Below are positions 1 to 8,962 of a stretch of 64,000 nucleotides of DNA, piece after piece. This stretch comes from a virus (taxonomy: Duplodnaviria > Heunggongvirae > Uroviricota > Caudoviricetes): the IMG/VR virus record IMGVR_UViG_2703718775_000013; one strand, given 5' to 3'. The notes beneath the pieces are model-generated. The model worked only from the letters and a program-made list of their open reading frames with translations, had not been told where the DNA came from and did no database searches. A program made the position numbers and the translations under genes. Every line of letters begins with the position of its first letter. Position 1 is the first letter of the stretch.

Positions 1-1059
1 CAAAGCCTTCAGTGAGCGAGAAATCTCGGCAATTTCCAGCGTTCGGTTATCTTGCAGCTCGGGGACGCGCATAAGTTGCAGGTAGTCGATCATAATCATG
101 CTCAAACCACCATTTTCTTTATAAACACGACGAGCGCGGGAACGAAGCTCTGTAGGTGTTAGGGCGCTTGAGTCATCAATAAAAATATTCTGCTTGTCCA
201 ACAGAATCCCCATTGCGCCAGAAACCCGCGCCCAATCCTCGTCGTTAAGTTGCCCTGTTCGAATACGAGTCTGATCAACGCGTGCAAGAGAAGCCAGTGA
301 GCGCATCATCAGTTGGTGGCTCGGCATCTCAAGGCTAAAAACCAATACGGGCTTATCGTTACGGACTGCGGCATTTTCGACGAGATTCATCGCAAACGTA
401 GTCTTCCCCATCGATGGGCGGGCGGCGACAATAATGAGATCGGACGCCTGAAGTCCTGCCGTCTTCTTATTGAGATCGGTAAATCCGGTATCAAGCCCCG
501 TTACACCATCATGCGGTCGCTGAAACAACTCTTCTATGCGAGATACCGTTGCATCGAGAATGCTGGCGATATCTTTTGGACCACTACCGCTCTTTTGTCG
601 TTTTTCAGCTATTTCAAAAACGCGGCGCTCGGCCATATCCAGCAATTCATTGCTGCCCCTGCCATCCTGCGCATATCCAGCTTCAGCTATTTCATTTGCG
701 ACGGAAATCATTTCACGAACAACCGCGCGTTCACGAACGATATCCGCATAAGCACAAATATTTGCCGCGCTGGGCGTGTTCTTTGACATCTCCGCAAGGT
801 ACGCAAAACCACCGGCGCGTTCTAATTTACCGTTCTGTTCAAGTGCTTCAGCAAGTGTTATCAAATCAATCGGTTTGCCATGACTTAATAACCTCTCCAT
901 CTCACTGAAAATTTCACGATGAGCACTGGTATAAAAATCATCAGCAACTATACGATCTGCAACTTCATCCCAGCGGCAGTTATCAAGCATTAAGCCACCA
1001 AGTACAGCTTGTTCTGCACTAAGGGAATTTGGCATGGATTCAAGAGGGGATGCAGACAT
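1..1059 (-). CDS. ban: DnaB-family replicative helicase, P1 Ban-like (3' end outside window)
   Basis: Minus-strand translation from ATG at 1059 (GGAG about 7 nt upstream) gives MSASPLESMPNSLSAEQAVLGGLMLDN...ARPSMGKTTFAMNLVENAA...IDYLQLM, collinear with DnaB N-terminal domain and Walker A; reading frame continues past position 1. Confidence 0.85.
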   Translation of the reverse strand, partial: MSASPLESMPNSLSAEQAVLGGLMLDNCRWDEVADRIVADDFYTSAHREIFSEMERLLSHGKPIDLITLAEALEQNGKLERAGGFAYLAEMSKNTPSAANICAYADIVRERAVVREMISVANEIAEAGYAQDGRGSNELLDMAERRVFEIAEKRQKSGSGPKDIASILDATVSRIEELFQRPHDGVTGLDTGFTDLNKKTAGLQASDLIIVAARPSMGKTTFAMNLVENAAVRNDKPVLVFSLEMPSHQLMMRSLASLARVDQTRIRTGQLNDEDWARVSGAMGILLDKQNIFIDDSSALTPTELRSRARRVYKENGGLSMIMIDYLQLMRVPELQDNRTLEIAEISRSLKAL

Positions 1060-1339
1060 TAGCACTCCACCCAGGCGTGCTGAATGTCAGATATAATCGG
1101 CATACTCAAATCACTCCTAACGATATGAGTCATCACCAGAAAATCAGGATTAATGCGCCGGACTCTTCCCGGCTGTCACACCGAATCGCCAGGATGGTGA
1201 ATCCGCAGTCCGACGCTATGAACGGGGCTTGCACATTCCGGCTACCTGGTTTGTTGCCTGAGCTAGGGGAAAGGTTACCCCTTTAACGTCACCAGACCGC
1301 TAACGACGCATGTGCCAGACGCCGTGTTACAACCAAATA

Positions 1340-1415
1340 TGGTGGCCCCTACCGGACTTGAACCGGTGACCGTGCGATTATGAGTCGCCAGCTCTAACCA
1401 CTGAGCTAAAGGGCC
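1340..1415 (-). tRNA. tRNA with CAU anticodon (Met or lysidine-Ile type)
   Basis: Reverse complement GGCCCTTTAGCTCAGTGGTTAGAGC...CTCATAA...GGTTCAAGTCCGGTAGGGGCCACCA folds as cloverleaf with 7-bp acceptor stem, T-loop GGTTCAAGTCC, anticodon loop CTCATAA, encoded CCA. Confidence 0.8.
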
Positions 1416-1442
1416 GGATTACTGCCAATTTTGCTTACGCTT

Positions 1443-2270
1443 TTATTTCACCGGAACAAACGGAACAGCGGTATTACTGGTCATATACTGCGGTAATGTA
1501 CCGTTCCATTTGTTGATCGCTTCCAAGTCCATAACACCGGGGTTCTGGCGCAGAGCTTCACCACGTAAACGAATGGCATCAGCTTCGGCCTGGGCTTTTG
1601 TGCGAATAGCATCAGCCTGTCCGGCAGCTTCCGCGCGCAGCATGTTGGCCTCTGCTTCACGTTGTTTGACCTCTTGCTCGCGTTGCAGGGTTTTTTGGTT
1701 TGCCGTGACTTTGGCGTTAATACTGTCAATAACTGTTGGCGGGTATTCTGGCTTACCTACATAAGAGAGGCTCATCACCTGAATGCCGATTGGCGTCATT
1801 TCTTCCTGAATGTCTTTAAGGGCTGCATCAAGCAATTCAGATTTGCCACCGTCGATAAATTTGTCGGTGGTCATTTTGCTGGCTAATCGGTTCAGAGCAT
1901 CTGCAACCTTCTGGCGTAGATCGGTATCAGTAATATCATCTACACCTTTGCGATAGGTCTGAAATACCGTTGTGACTTTTGCTGGATCAACCTTGTAGGC
2001 TACGCCGATGTGGTAACCAATGGTTGTTCCGTCGCTCATCTGGAAGCTGAACGGCTCATCGTATGTCTTCATTTGCTTAAAGGTCGGGAAGATATAAACT
2101 TCAGTATTCAAGCCTGTCCAGTAGCGACCAACGCCAACTACTTCACCGATACCTTTATCATCCCCCAGCTTATTTACTTTGATCCCTACGTTACCTGGCT
2201 CTACCCGATCGCATCCGGTCAGACATAAAGAACCCAAAATAATCGCTGCACTAATCAACGTTTTTTTCAT
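1443..2270 (-). CDS. SPFH/band-7 (prohibitin-like) domain lipoprotein
   Basis: 275-aa ORF; N-terminus MKKTLISAAIILGSLCLTGC has a lipobox (LTGC); C-terminal Ala/Glu/Arg-rich coiled region typical of SPFH proteins. Confidence 0.7.
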   Translation of the reverse strand: MKKTLISAAIILGSLCLTGCDRVEPGNVGIKVNKLGDDKGIGEVVGVGRYWTGLNTEVYIFPTFKQMKTYDEPFSFQMSDGTTIGYHIGVAYKVDPAKVTTVFQTYRKGVDDITDTDLRQKVADALNRLASKMTTDKFIDGGKSELLDAALKDIQEEMTPIGIQVMSLSYVGKPEYPPTVIDSINAKVTANQKTLQREQEVKQREAEANMLRAEAAGQADAIRTKAQAEADAIRLRGEALRQNPGVMDLEAINKWNGTLPQYMTSNTAVPFVPVK

Positions 2271-2487
2271 TAATTAATTTCCTGGTTTTTTCACGAAAAA
2301 AGACTACTGCGAAAGCCGGGTAAATGAGCGCGAGAAGGACTCCCAACAATACAAGTATTGTGCTGTTAGATGAGATCATATTTGGCAAAAGCCAAACATA
2401 CAGAACCAGTGACACAATCAAACAGAGGACGGCATAAATATATAACCGCACCCATAGCGTTCGACATTTGTTCGGATTGTTCTGCAT
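2251..2487 (-). CDS. small membrane protein (two predicted TM helices)
   Basis: 78-aa ORF overlapping the start of the lipoprotein gene by 20 nt (coupled); hydrophobic segments LYIYAVLCLIVSLVLYVWLL and TILVLLGVLLALIYPAFAVVFF. Confidence 0.55.
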   Translation of the reverse strand: MQNNPNKCRTLWVRLYIYAVLCLIVSLVLYVWLLPNMISSNSTILVLLGVLLALIYPAFAVVFFREKTRKLINEKNVD

Positions 2488-2645
2488 CCTCTCACTCCAT
2501 TATTTAACGAATAAAAAAGCTGCGGTGCCGGGTTCCTCCCGGTGTCCTTTGGCTGGTTATCCACCGTGGACGTGGAAACAAGGAGAAATAATGGACAGAT
2601 ATAACCATTTCCCCGCGTGCGCTTAGCCGCATTCACCGCAACGGA

Positions 2646-2705
2646 AAGAGCATTCTTGGTGGACCTGTAGATTGGGATATGAACCCGTTACAGGAGAATG
2701 CTCTT
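2646..2705. repeat. stem-loop element A (10-bp stem AAGAGCATTC/GAATGCTCTT, conserved loop core GTAGATTGGGATATGAACCCGTTAC)
   Basis: Inverted repeat read directly; loop core shared with element B, right arm shared with element C. Confidence 0.6.
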
Positions 2706-2903
2706 ACCTGTTACGTGCTCCGTTTCGTGGAGCTAACGGCGGGTGATCAGACCGCACCAGACTGGACTTATTTCAGCGTTATGCTCATGCCAGAGAATCA
2801 AACTGTGATGGTCGGTGCTGAACTCCGACACAGGGTTGTAGCAAGCCCCGCAAAGCGCGCACTACTGTAGTTGCGGCACATCAGCCTGTGCATTCACCAC
2901 AAT

Positions 2904-2985
2904 GTTGAGAACACTGGTTGTCACGCAGCAACGCAACATTTATTCGTAGATTGGGATATGACCCCGTTACGCCAGTGTTCTCAAC
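2904..2985. repeat. stem-loop element B (14-bp perfect stem GTTGAGAACACTGG/CCAGTGTTCTCAAC, same conserved loop core)
   Basis: Perfect inverted repeat; loop contains GTAGATTGGGATATGACCCCGTTAC, one substitution relative to element A; stem sequence entirely different from A yet still complementary. Confidence 0.6.
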
Positions 2986-3297
2986 GTTGTAGTTGTTATG
3001 CGTATTCTCTTACTAACCGCACACCAATACATTTCCCATCACGTTCATTTGTCTCGAAACGTGAATACTTAAGTTCGCCGTTAATAATCGCTGTTACAAC
3101 CCGTATCCCGTTAAACGCCCACATATTTCGCTCCATTTACACACATTACCAGTCGCCGGTTACGGTTCCGGCCAGGCCTCTTCCTCAACGGGGTGTTCTC
3201 CATACGGACTACCGTTTATTGGTCGTTCCTGCGGTTTATGTTGTGAAGCCAGATGCTTATCTTCTGGTTGCTTCTAAGATCTGCACTTCATCACAAC

Positions 3298-3352
3298 GGT
3301 AAGAGCACTCGATGCATTTAAGCCAGGCCCCATAAGGGAGAATGCTCTTACC
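3298..3352. repeat. stem-loop element C (13-bp stem GGTAAGAGCACTC/GAGAATGCTCTTACC, different loop)
   Basis: Right arm GAGAATGCTCTTACCTGTTA is identical to the right arm of element A (2694-2716); lies 9 nt from the 3' end of tRNA-Thr. Confidence 0.55.
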
Positions 3353-3360
3353 TGTTATGT

Positions 3361-3437
3361 TGGTGCCGATTAACGGGATCGAACCGCTGACCATTCGCTT
3401 ACAAAGCGACTGCTCTACCAACTGAGCTAAATCGGCA
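3361..3437 (-). tRNA. tRNA-Thr (anticodon UGU)
   Basis: Reverse complement TGCCGATTTAGCTCAGTTGGTAGAGCAGTCGCTTTGTAAGCGAATGGTCAGCGGTTCGATCCCGTTAATCGGCACCA; acceptor stem, T-loop GGTTCGATCC, anticodon loop TTTGTAA, encoded CCA. Confidence 0.75.
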
Positions 3438-3440
3438 ATG

Positions 3441-3527
3441 TGGTGGGGAGTGATGGAGTCGAACCACCCGAGTCGCAATGACAGTAGATTTACAGTCTAC
3501 CCCGCTACCCCTACGGACTAACTCCCC
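3441..3527 (-). tRNA. tRNA-Tyr (anticodon GUA), class II with long variable arm
   Basis: Reverse complement GGGGAGTTAGTCCGTAGGGGTAGCGGGGTAGACTGTAAATCTACTGTCATTGCGACTCGGGTGGTTCGACTCCATCACTCCCCACCA; anticodon stem GTAGA/TCTAC with loop CTGTAAA, long variable arm resembling E. coli tRNA-Tyr, 7-bp acceptor stem, CCA. Confidence 0.75.
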
Positions 3528-3532
3528 TAAAG

Positions 3533-3607
3533 TGGCGATGGTGGGTGGATTCGAACTACCGACCAGTTGGTTAACAGCCAACTGCTCTACCGCTGAGCTA
3601 CACCATC
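3533..3607 (-). tRNA. tRNA-Asn (anticodon GUU)
   Basis: Reverse complement GATGGTGTAGCTCAGCGGTAGAGCAGTTGGCTGTTAACCAACTGGTCGGTAGTTCGAATCCACCCACCATCGCCA; anticodon stem GTTGG/CCAAC with loop CTGTTAA, T-loop GGTTCGAATCC. Confidence 0.85.
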
Positions 3608-4272
3608 ACTTGCCGGGTACGTCTCCGGCGAGGGCTTCCACCTCCGTATGCTTTTCGGCGCACCGCGCCCTGGCTGCAATTCGGTAACAGGGGATGCATA
3701 ACCCTGGCTTCCAGCGTGATTAGCGCCTTCAGCATGACGGGATATACCCGTAAATTCGTGGAACTGTACCCAAAGTGCTGTTAAGCACCGCTGTTACGCT
3801 GAAAAGAAAACGCAACAGGAAAGGACGCTGACCAACAGATGGCCCCTTCTCGTTCATCTGGTTAATCACACCAGCGCCCTTACCTGTTGTGCCTCCCCGT
3901 TCCCTAATACACAGACGGGGACACTCTGCGGTCGATTTTTTGACGGGGGACGACTCATACCCCATGGCATCTGGCTTCTTAGGCCGCTACCATCATCAGA
4001 TCATCGTTTGCATTTACTTTAATGGTCAGTTTCTAAACCGCCGCAAAGTCGCTAACCATGACGAAAACCCTGAAAAAAACGCCCACCCGAAGATGGGCAA
4101 ACTGGACGCTCGTAACGCACTTCGGCGTTGCCACTTAGGCGCATGGTCAACCTGGCAACTCGGTGGTTTGTCTGGGAGGACTAGGCCCAGCCATGCTTAC
4201 CGCCGCGCCTGTCGCGGCTAACAGCTAAATCGCTCTATAAATCACGATTCATTGAGGTAATATTACACTAAT

Positions 4273-4289
4273 AAATTTATTAGAGCAAT
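4273..4289. promoter_or_regulatory. C1 repressor operator-like site (perfect match to reverse complement of ATTGCTCTAATAAATTT)
   Basis: AAATTTATTAGAGCAAT read directly; sits at the head of the minus-strand leader/tRNA/ban operon, analogous to the P1 ban-operon operator. Confidence 0.7.
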
Positions 4290-7200
4290 ATACCCAAAAC
4301 GTCATGAGCTACACCTCGAGTGTCCCCCTTACAAGACACAGAACGTCTGGCAAAAAGAGGTTCCACTCTGAAGCCACTGTCATGATAAAGCTCTCTGATG
4401 TTTGGCGCGCCACTGTTAGTAATGAGAACCTTTGCACCTCGACGATGAGCATCCGTCAACAGAGACACCAGGCGTTTTTGCTCTTCAAACTTAAAGTCAT
4501 GACCGGAATAGTTCGTGAATCCCTCTGTATTTGGAAGCGGTTCATACGGCGGATCGCAAAAGATGACATCTCCTTCTCCGGCAGCTTCAATCACCGCTGC
4601 AAAATCACCGCATACAAACTCAGACCGCCCTTCCGCACCGAGGAAGGCTTCCATCTCCTGTAATGGGAAATACGGAGTTTTATACTTCCCATAACCGACA
4701 TTGAACTCACCGGCCTGGTTGTAACGCGTCAATCCGTTAAAACAATGTCGGTTCAGGAACAAAAACGCCGCTGCGCGATGTAAATCATCATAGACTTGTT
4801 TGTTAAACGCATTCCGTACTGCCAGGTATCCTTCCTGTGTGTTGTAGTCCTGGAAGAAACGATGTGCCAGAGTGATAAGTGAATGCGCCTCGCGTTGCAG
4901 AGTCTTGTAAAAGTTAATCAGGTCAGCATTCACATCATTTAGCAGATTTTCCTGGTATCCGGCATTCATGAAGACAGCTCCGCCACCAACGAAAGGTTCA
5001 ATCAGGCGCTTCCCTTCTGGCAAATAGCGAAAGATTTGTTCCAGAACACCAAATTTTCCACCAGCCCATTTGAATATGGACCGTTCGAATTCTGCCGCTG
5101 GTTTAACTTTTCGCTCTTTTGTTTCACTTCCTTCTTTCTGCCGACATACGGCCTTAGTAATCCGATCGCCAATCCAGCGCATTACTGGTATTGCCATACT
5201 ATTGCCGATCGCTTTGTAACGCGGTCCGTCAGCTGCAAGCATTGCGGCCTCTTCTTCGCTTAAATCTGGATAGTGATTGTGCAGATATGCCAGTTCATCT
5301 GAATTAACTTTTTTACGCTTTTCCGTAGGGATCAACGTATGCCAATCAGGAAAACCTTGCAGCCTTTCACATTCGACAGGGGTAAGACGGCGCATTCTAC
5401 CGTCGCCGAGCAATACAATTGGTGCTTCATGGTTACATGTCAAAGTTGGTGCCGAATTATCGGTTTTTATCTCAGCCCCTCCTTGCCCATGTGCCATGGC
5501 AATTATGTTTGTATCATCGCAAGTTCTGATAGCGATGTTTGAAGTATATCTGGTAGTTTCCTTCCCCTCGCCTCTGCTCGGCGCAATATTCCGGCGCACG
5601 CCTTCGAACTCAAAAAGTACCGTTGCGGGATCGAGATCTGTTCGAGCACTTGCGACAACAAACACGCGTCGGCGTCGTTGTGCCACTCCGAAGTATTGGG
5701 CATCAAGGATTCTCCAGGCCACTTTTCGCTGCGGTCCATAAATACAACCACACTGCGGCCACTTTGGAACATGGCAACCGGTTTTGCCATCCCACCGCCA
5801 GAACGCGTTGCTTTTTCCTGATTCAGGTCGATCACCTGGTTCAAATGGCACATCTTCTCCAGCCAATCCGGCAAGGAAACATCCGAAGGCGTTATCTGCC
5901 GATGACAAGACTCCTGGGACATTTTCCCAGACGATAACGGCTGGTTTGAGAAATGACTCAGCCCGTTTGTCGTCAATTGCATTTGCAAGCTCCACATACT
6001 TTAAAGTTAGCGCGCCACGCTCATCATCAAGCCCACCACGTAATCCCGCGATACTGAATGCCTGACAGTTATGGACCACCGCACCATTGAGGATATAGGA
6101 ATGATCACCTTCGACTTCTATGTTGTATACAGTATCTAGGCCTACCGATTTAAACTCTTTGACTGTTCGTAAAAGCATTCCATGAGCCAATCTTGATTTA
6201 CGTGACAATTTCTGCGGGCAGATTGTTACCTGATAATAATTCCGTTGATTTACCACGCGATCCTCGATCACTTTTTTGGGCTCAACTTCAATAAAGCTGA
6301 CCGAAGAAACATAACCACAAGTCTGTGACAACCCCGCAACGCCCCAAGCAAGCGCAGAACTAACACTATTAATTCTAAATCCCGCTTTACCACTTGGTGT
6401 CCCATCAGTATCAAGATAGCCTTGTAAAAACACATGACGCAATGGATGCGACATCACCCATGCAGGGATACGCTTAGCATGGCTTAACTCGCCAAAATGT
6501 TCATTAAGCCAATTGGCATAACACGTATCATTCAAGGTTACTTTGATGCTCCCTCGGATTTCGCTTGCCACGGAAAATATGTTTTCTGGTATGCGGCAAT
6601 GAAACTTTCTCAATTTCTGGCAATTTATGCCAAAAACAACCGCCTTCTTAGATTTACCTCTCCATCTCCTAATATATCCATCGCCAACATAAGCGCCCGC
6701 AAGATACATAGCCTGTTCTTCAGACAAGAACCGAGAACAAATATCTGGAAATGCAATATTGAAATTAGTTAGAGCGCACCATTGATATCCCGGCATATCA
6801 CATGCTGCTCGCCATTCCGGTTCAGACAACAACTCTCTCTTAAAATATGTGCCATTTTTCCGGGTGTTTTGGGCTTTCCACCGAACAGCCAGGAAGGGAT
6901 GGTCATTGGTTGTTCTTATACCTAAAGGCTGCCCAACGGCATTAAGTAACCCCGTATTAGCTATTTTTGAACCAACTCTTTTTACTTGTTGTAACCGCCC
7001 GAGATGACTGACTACGTAATCACCAGGGCAAACATTTTCTATTGGTTTATAGCCATTTTTACAAAGAACCATATGCCCCGCGGTAAAACATGGTGTTCCC
7101 CCGACGAGCACGTCAGGGGATTCGATTTCCCCAGCCAAGACTTTTTTGGCAAGTTTTTTCATGTCGCCAAGGTTGGCAACATGGGGCCAGCGGAGCGCAA

Positions 7201-7321
7201 GAACGGCCGATGGAAAAGGCTCGATTTCAGCAAACCACGCCGGACGCATACCCAACGGTTCCCAGGCAATACTCGCGGCTTCAATTCCACTGCAAACAGA
7301 TCCATAGCACAGCTCTTTCAC
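4280..7321 (-). CDS. dmt: bifunctional DNA methyltransferase: N-terminal C5-cytosine MTase (interrupted by an intein) fused to C-terminal Dam-like N6-adenine MTase
   Basis: 1013-aa ORF. C5-MTase motifs: GGTP|...|CQAFSIAG (split motif IV), VIVWENVPG (ENV), QRRRRVF, GNSM. C-terminal domain has FxGxG-like EPFVGGGAV and DPPY. Start ATG overlaps rdgC stop (ATGA). Confidence 0.85.
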   Translation of the reverse strand: MKELCYGSVCSGIEAASIAWEPLGMRPAWFAEIEPFPSAVLALRWPHVANLGDMKKLAKKVLAGEIESPDVLVGGTPCFTAGHMVLCKNGYKPIENVCPGDYVVSHLGRLQQVKRVGSKIANTGLLNAVGQPLGIRTTNDHPFLAVRWKAQNTRKNGTYFKRELLSEPEWRAACDMPGYQWCALTNFNIAFPDICSRFLSEEQAMYLAGAYVGDGYIRRWRGKSKKAVVFGINCQKLRKFHCRIPENIFSVASEIRGSIKVTLNDTCYANWLNEHFGELSHAKRIPAWVMSHPLRHVFLQGYLDTDGTPSGKAGFRINSVSSALAWGVAGLSQTCGYVSSVSFIEVEPKKVIEDRVVNQRNYYQVTICPQKLSRKSRLAHGMLLRTVKEFKSVGLDTVYNIEVEGDHSYILNGAVVHNCQAFSIAGLRGGLDDERGALTLKYVELANAIDDKRAESFLKPAVIVWENVPGVLSSADNAFGCFLAGLAGEDVPFEPGDRPESGKSNAFWRWDGKTGCHVPKWPQCGCIYGPQRKVAWRILDAQYFGVAQRRRRVFVVASARTDLDPATVLFEFEGVRRNIAPSRGEGKETTRYTSNIAIRTCDDTNIIAMAHGQGGAEIKTDNSAPTLTCNHEAPIVLLGDGRMRRLTPVECERLQGFPDWHTLIPTEKRKKVNSDELAYLHNHYPDLSEEEAAMLAADGPRYKAIGNSMAIPVMRWIGDRITKAVCRQKEGSETKERKVKPAAEFERSIFKWAGGKFGVLEQIFRYLPEGKRLIEPFVGGGAVFMNAGYQENLLNDVNADLINFYKTLQREAHSLITLAHRFFQDYNTQEGYLAVRNAFNKQVYDDLHRAAAFLFLNRHCFNGLTRYNQAGEFNVGYGKYKTPYFPLQEMEAFLGAEGRSEFVCGDFAAVIEAAGEGDVIFCDPPYEPLPNTEGFTNYSGHDFKFEEQKRLVSLLTDAHRRGAKVLITNSGAPNIRELYHDSGFRVEPLFARRSVSCKGDTRGVAHDVLGILL
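6068..7090 (-). other. intein with LAGLIDADG homing-endonuclease domain (residues 78-418 of Dmt precursor)
   Basis: Starts with Cys (CFTAGHMVL, block A), block [11 protein letters not shown], two LAGLIDADG-type motifs [11 protein letters not shown] and [11 protein letters not shown]-terminal [21 protein letters not shown] followed by +1 Cys; excision rejoins GGTP + CQAFSIAG. Confidence 0.8.
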
Positions 7322-8223
7322 TGCTTAGCCTCTCCGCCAAGGGCATTTACCAGAGCATCAACCAGGCACGAAATTTCACTGGTCAACAGGAAGAAATCTG
7401 CGTCCAGTCGCTGCGCAACATCTTCACTATCAATATCAGAGTTCTGCTCAAGCAATTCATCCGCAAATTTGACGCTGGTAAGGCTGAAGTTATGGTCCAG
7501 TGTAAATTTAATGCGGTTCTGCCAGTCGAGTGCCAACTTAGTGACGAGCTTGCCAGCTTCCAGGTGTGTGGAAATTTCATCGCTTCCCAAATCCTGCTTT
7601 TTCACTCGGGCAATACCGCCATCCTCAAGCACTGCCTTAAGTTCTGCCGCATCCCCCATTTGAAATCCCTGTGGAGCACTACCATCACGTACCCAGTCGG
7701 TCAGCGTTAATTCAATGGGATTTTCAACACTCAGGGAAACAGCAGGAAGAGAACCCAGAGACTTACGCATAAGCGCGAGCATATCCTCTGCCTGCCGCGC
7801 GCTGGCATTGATATAGATACGTTTAGTTGAACCGTCGTAGATCGCCTGGATAACAGAAAACTTTGAAAAAGCCCGTGGCAGAAGAGAATGCAGAACTTCG
7901 TCTTTCAGGGAGTCCTTCTCTGTTTTCTTCAGTTTACGCGCTTGTTCTTGCTCAAGTTTTTCAATTTTTTCTTGAATAGCTCGCTGGATAACCGGCGGGG
8001 GAAGAATTTTTGTTTCGCGCTTTGCTTCAACAAGGATAAAACCATTTCCATGCATAGCGATAACTTCAGAATTATCACCAAATGGCGATACAAAACCGAA
8101 CTTGGCCATATCCTGACTACCGCATGGCGTGAAAAGGATCATTTTCTTTTTATCTTCTAAGTCGGTCAGATCCGCCTCACGAGAAAGTTTATAAATAGTA
8201 ATGTTTTTCCAGTGCTTAAACAT
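7318..8223 (-). CDS. rdgC: recombination-associated protein RdgC homolog
   Basis: From ATG at 8223: [16 protein letters not shown]...[17 protein letters not shown]...[24 protein letters not shown]...[30 protein letters not shown], collinear with E. coli RdgC; upstream ORF stop overlaps its start. Confidence 0.8.
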   Translation of the reverse strand: MFKHWKNITIYKLSREADLTDLEDKKKMILFTPCGSQDMAKFGFVSPFGDNSEVIAMHGNGFILVEAKRETKILPPPVIQRAIQEKIEKLEQEQARKLKKTEKDSLKDEVLHSLLPRAFSKFSVIQAIYDGSTKRIYINASARQAEDMLALMRKSLGSLPAVSLSVENPIELTLTDWVRDGSAPQGFQMGDAAELKAVLEDGGIARVKKQDLGSDEISTHLEAGKLVTKLALDWQNRIKFTLDHNFSLTSVKFADELLEQNSDIDSEDVAQRLDADFFLLTSEISCLVDALVNALGGEAKQ

Positions 8224-8572
8224 GTTGTAACCCTTGAATATCAACCACAGAAAGCTCGTCTTTGTAGAAAAAGGCCAGGTTGTGGCACCCCCTCGTTTGA
8301 GCGTATGAGCTGGGACCAATTTCGTTCTTCCAGACAAATGGCTTCAAATCCGTACGGCGAAGCATAAAAACGCGATTTATTCCGCTCTGATTCCCAATGA
8401 GGCAAAAGCCTTCTTTCACCTTGATAGCCTGCAAGTTGTCGAGTTCACCGCTGGTTACACGGCTATCGAACTCTTTGCGGCTTATTAGCTCCATCTGCAT
8501 CTGACGACTCCAAACAAATGCCCATTGAAGGGCGATGGCTGAATGGTACCGAAAATACGACATAAAAAACAA
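8216..8572 (-). CDS. hypothetical protein (first gene of rdgC-dmt operon)
   Basis: 118-aa ORF, stop overlaps rdgC start (translational coupling); start may be ATG at 8572 or 8563. Confidence 0.5.
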   Translation of the reverse strand: MFFMSYFRYHSAIALQWAFVWSRQMQMELISRKEFDSRVTSGELDNLQAIKVKEGFCLIGNQSGINRVFMLRRTDLKPFVWKNEIGPSSYAQTRGCHNLAFFYKDELSVVDIQGLQHV

Positions 8573-8588
8573 TATTTATTAGAGCAAT
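8572..8588. promoter_or_regulatory. C1 operator-like site (16/17 match)
   Basis: ATATTTATTAGAGCAAT at the 5' end of the minus-strand operon and in the divergent intergenic region. Confidence 0.6.
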
Positions 8589-8669
8589 TTTGCGATAAGT
8601 AAACGCCATACAGACCACAAATAACCTAAGTTAAAATAACGAAAATCAGAGCAAATAATTGGTGATGGC

Positions 8670-8954
8670 GTGGCAAGCATTGCAACAAAAGACAGCATTT
8701 GTTCGGGGCACGGAGGATTCCCATCCAGGCCTCCTGTAGAGAGTGAACCACTACTTAAAGTCAACGGAGTCGAAGTGTTAGTTGATGGTAAGCAATATGC
8801 ACAGCATACCGATGGAAACAGTACGCACGGTGGGCAAGCTATATCAACCAGGGCATGGTTTACCGTCAATGGTAAAGGGATCGTATGCGTTGGTGACCCT
8901 GTTTCATGCGGATCTACCGTAGCGTCCGGAGACGGCCTGGTTCAGGTAAGTTAG
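8670..8954 (+). CDS. PAAR-like small protein (possible spike-tip protein)
   Basis: 94-aa ORF with Gly/Cys/His pattern CSGHGG...VNGVEVLVDG...THGG...CVGDPVSCGSTVASGDG reminiscent of PAAR-repeat proteins; assignment by motif only. Confidence 0.4.
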   Translation: MASIATKDSICSGHGGFPSRPPVESEPLLKVNGVEVLVDGKQYAQHTDGNSTHGGQAISTRAWFTVNGKGIVCVGDPVSCGSTVASGDGLVQVS

Positions 8955-8962
8955 GAGATATC

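Noticed and set aside
313-908. Plus-strand ORFs 313-786, 536-751 and 549-908
   Set aside because: They lie antisense to the clearly conserved DnaB-like ban reading frame and have low-complexity, Arg/Ser-rich translations; treated as shadow ORFs.
2679-3302. Plus-strand ORFs 2679-2870 and 2871-3302
   Set aside because: Translations are low-complexity and overlap the conserved stem-loop elements; region is better explained as non-coding part of the minus-strand operon.
3889-4221. Plus-strand 110-aa ORF in the GC-rich leader
   Set aside because: Arg/His-rich improbable protein, no RBS, opposite to operon direction.
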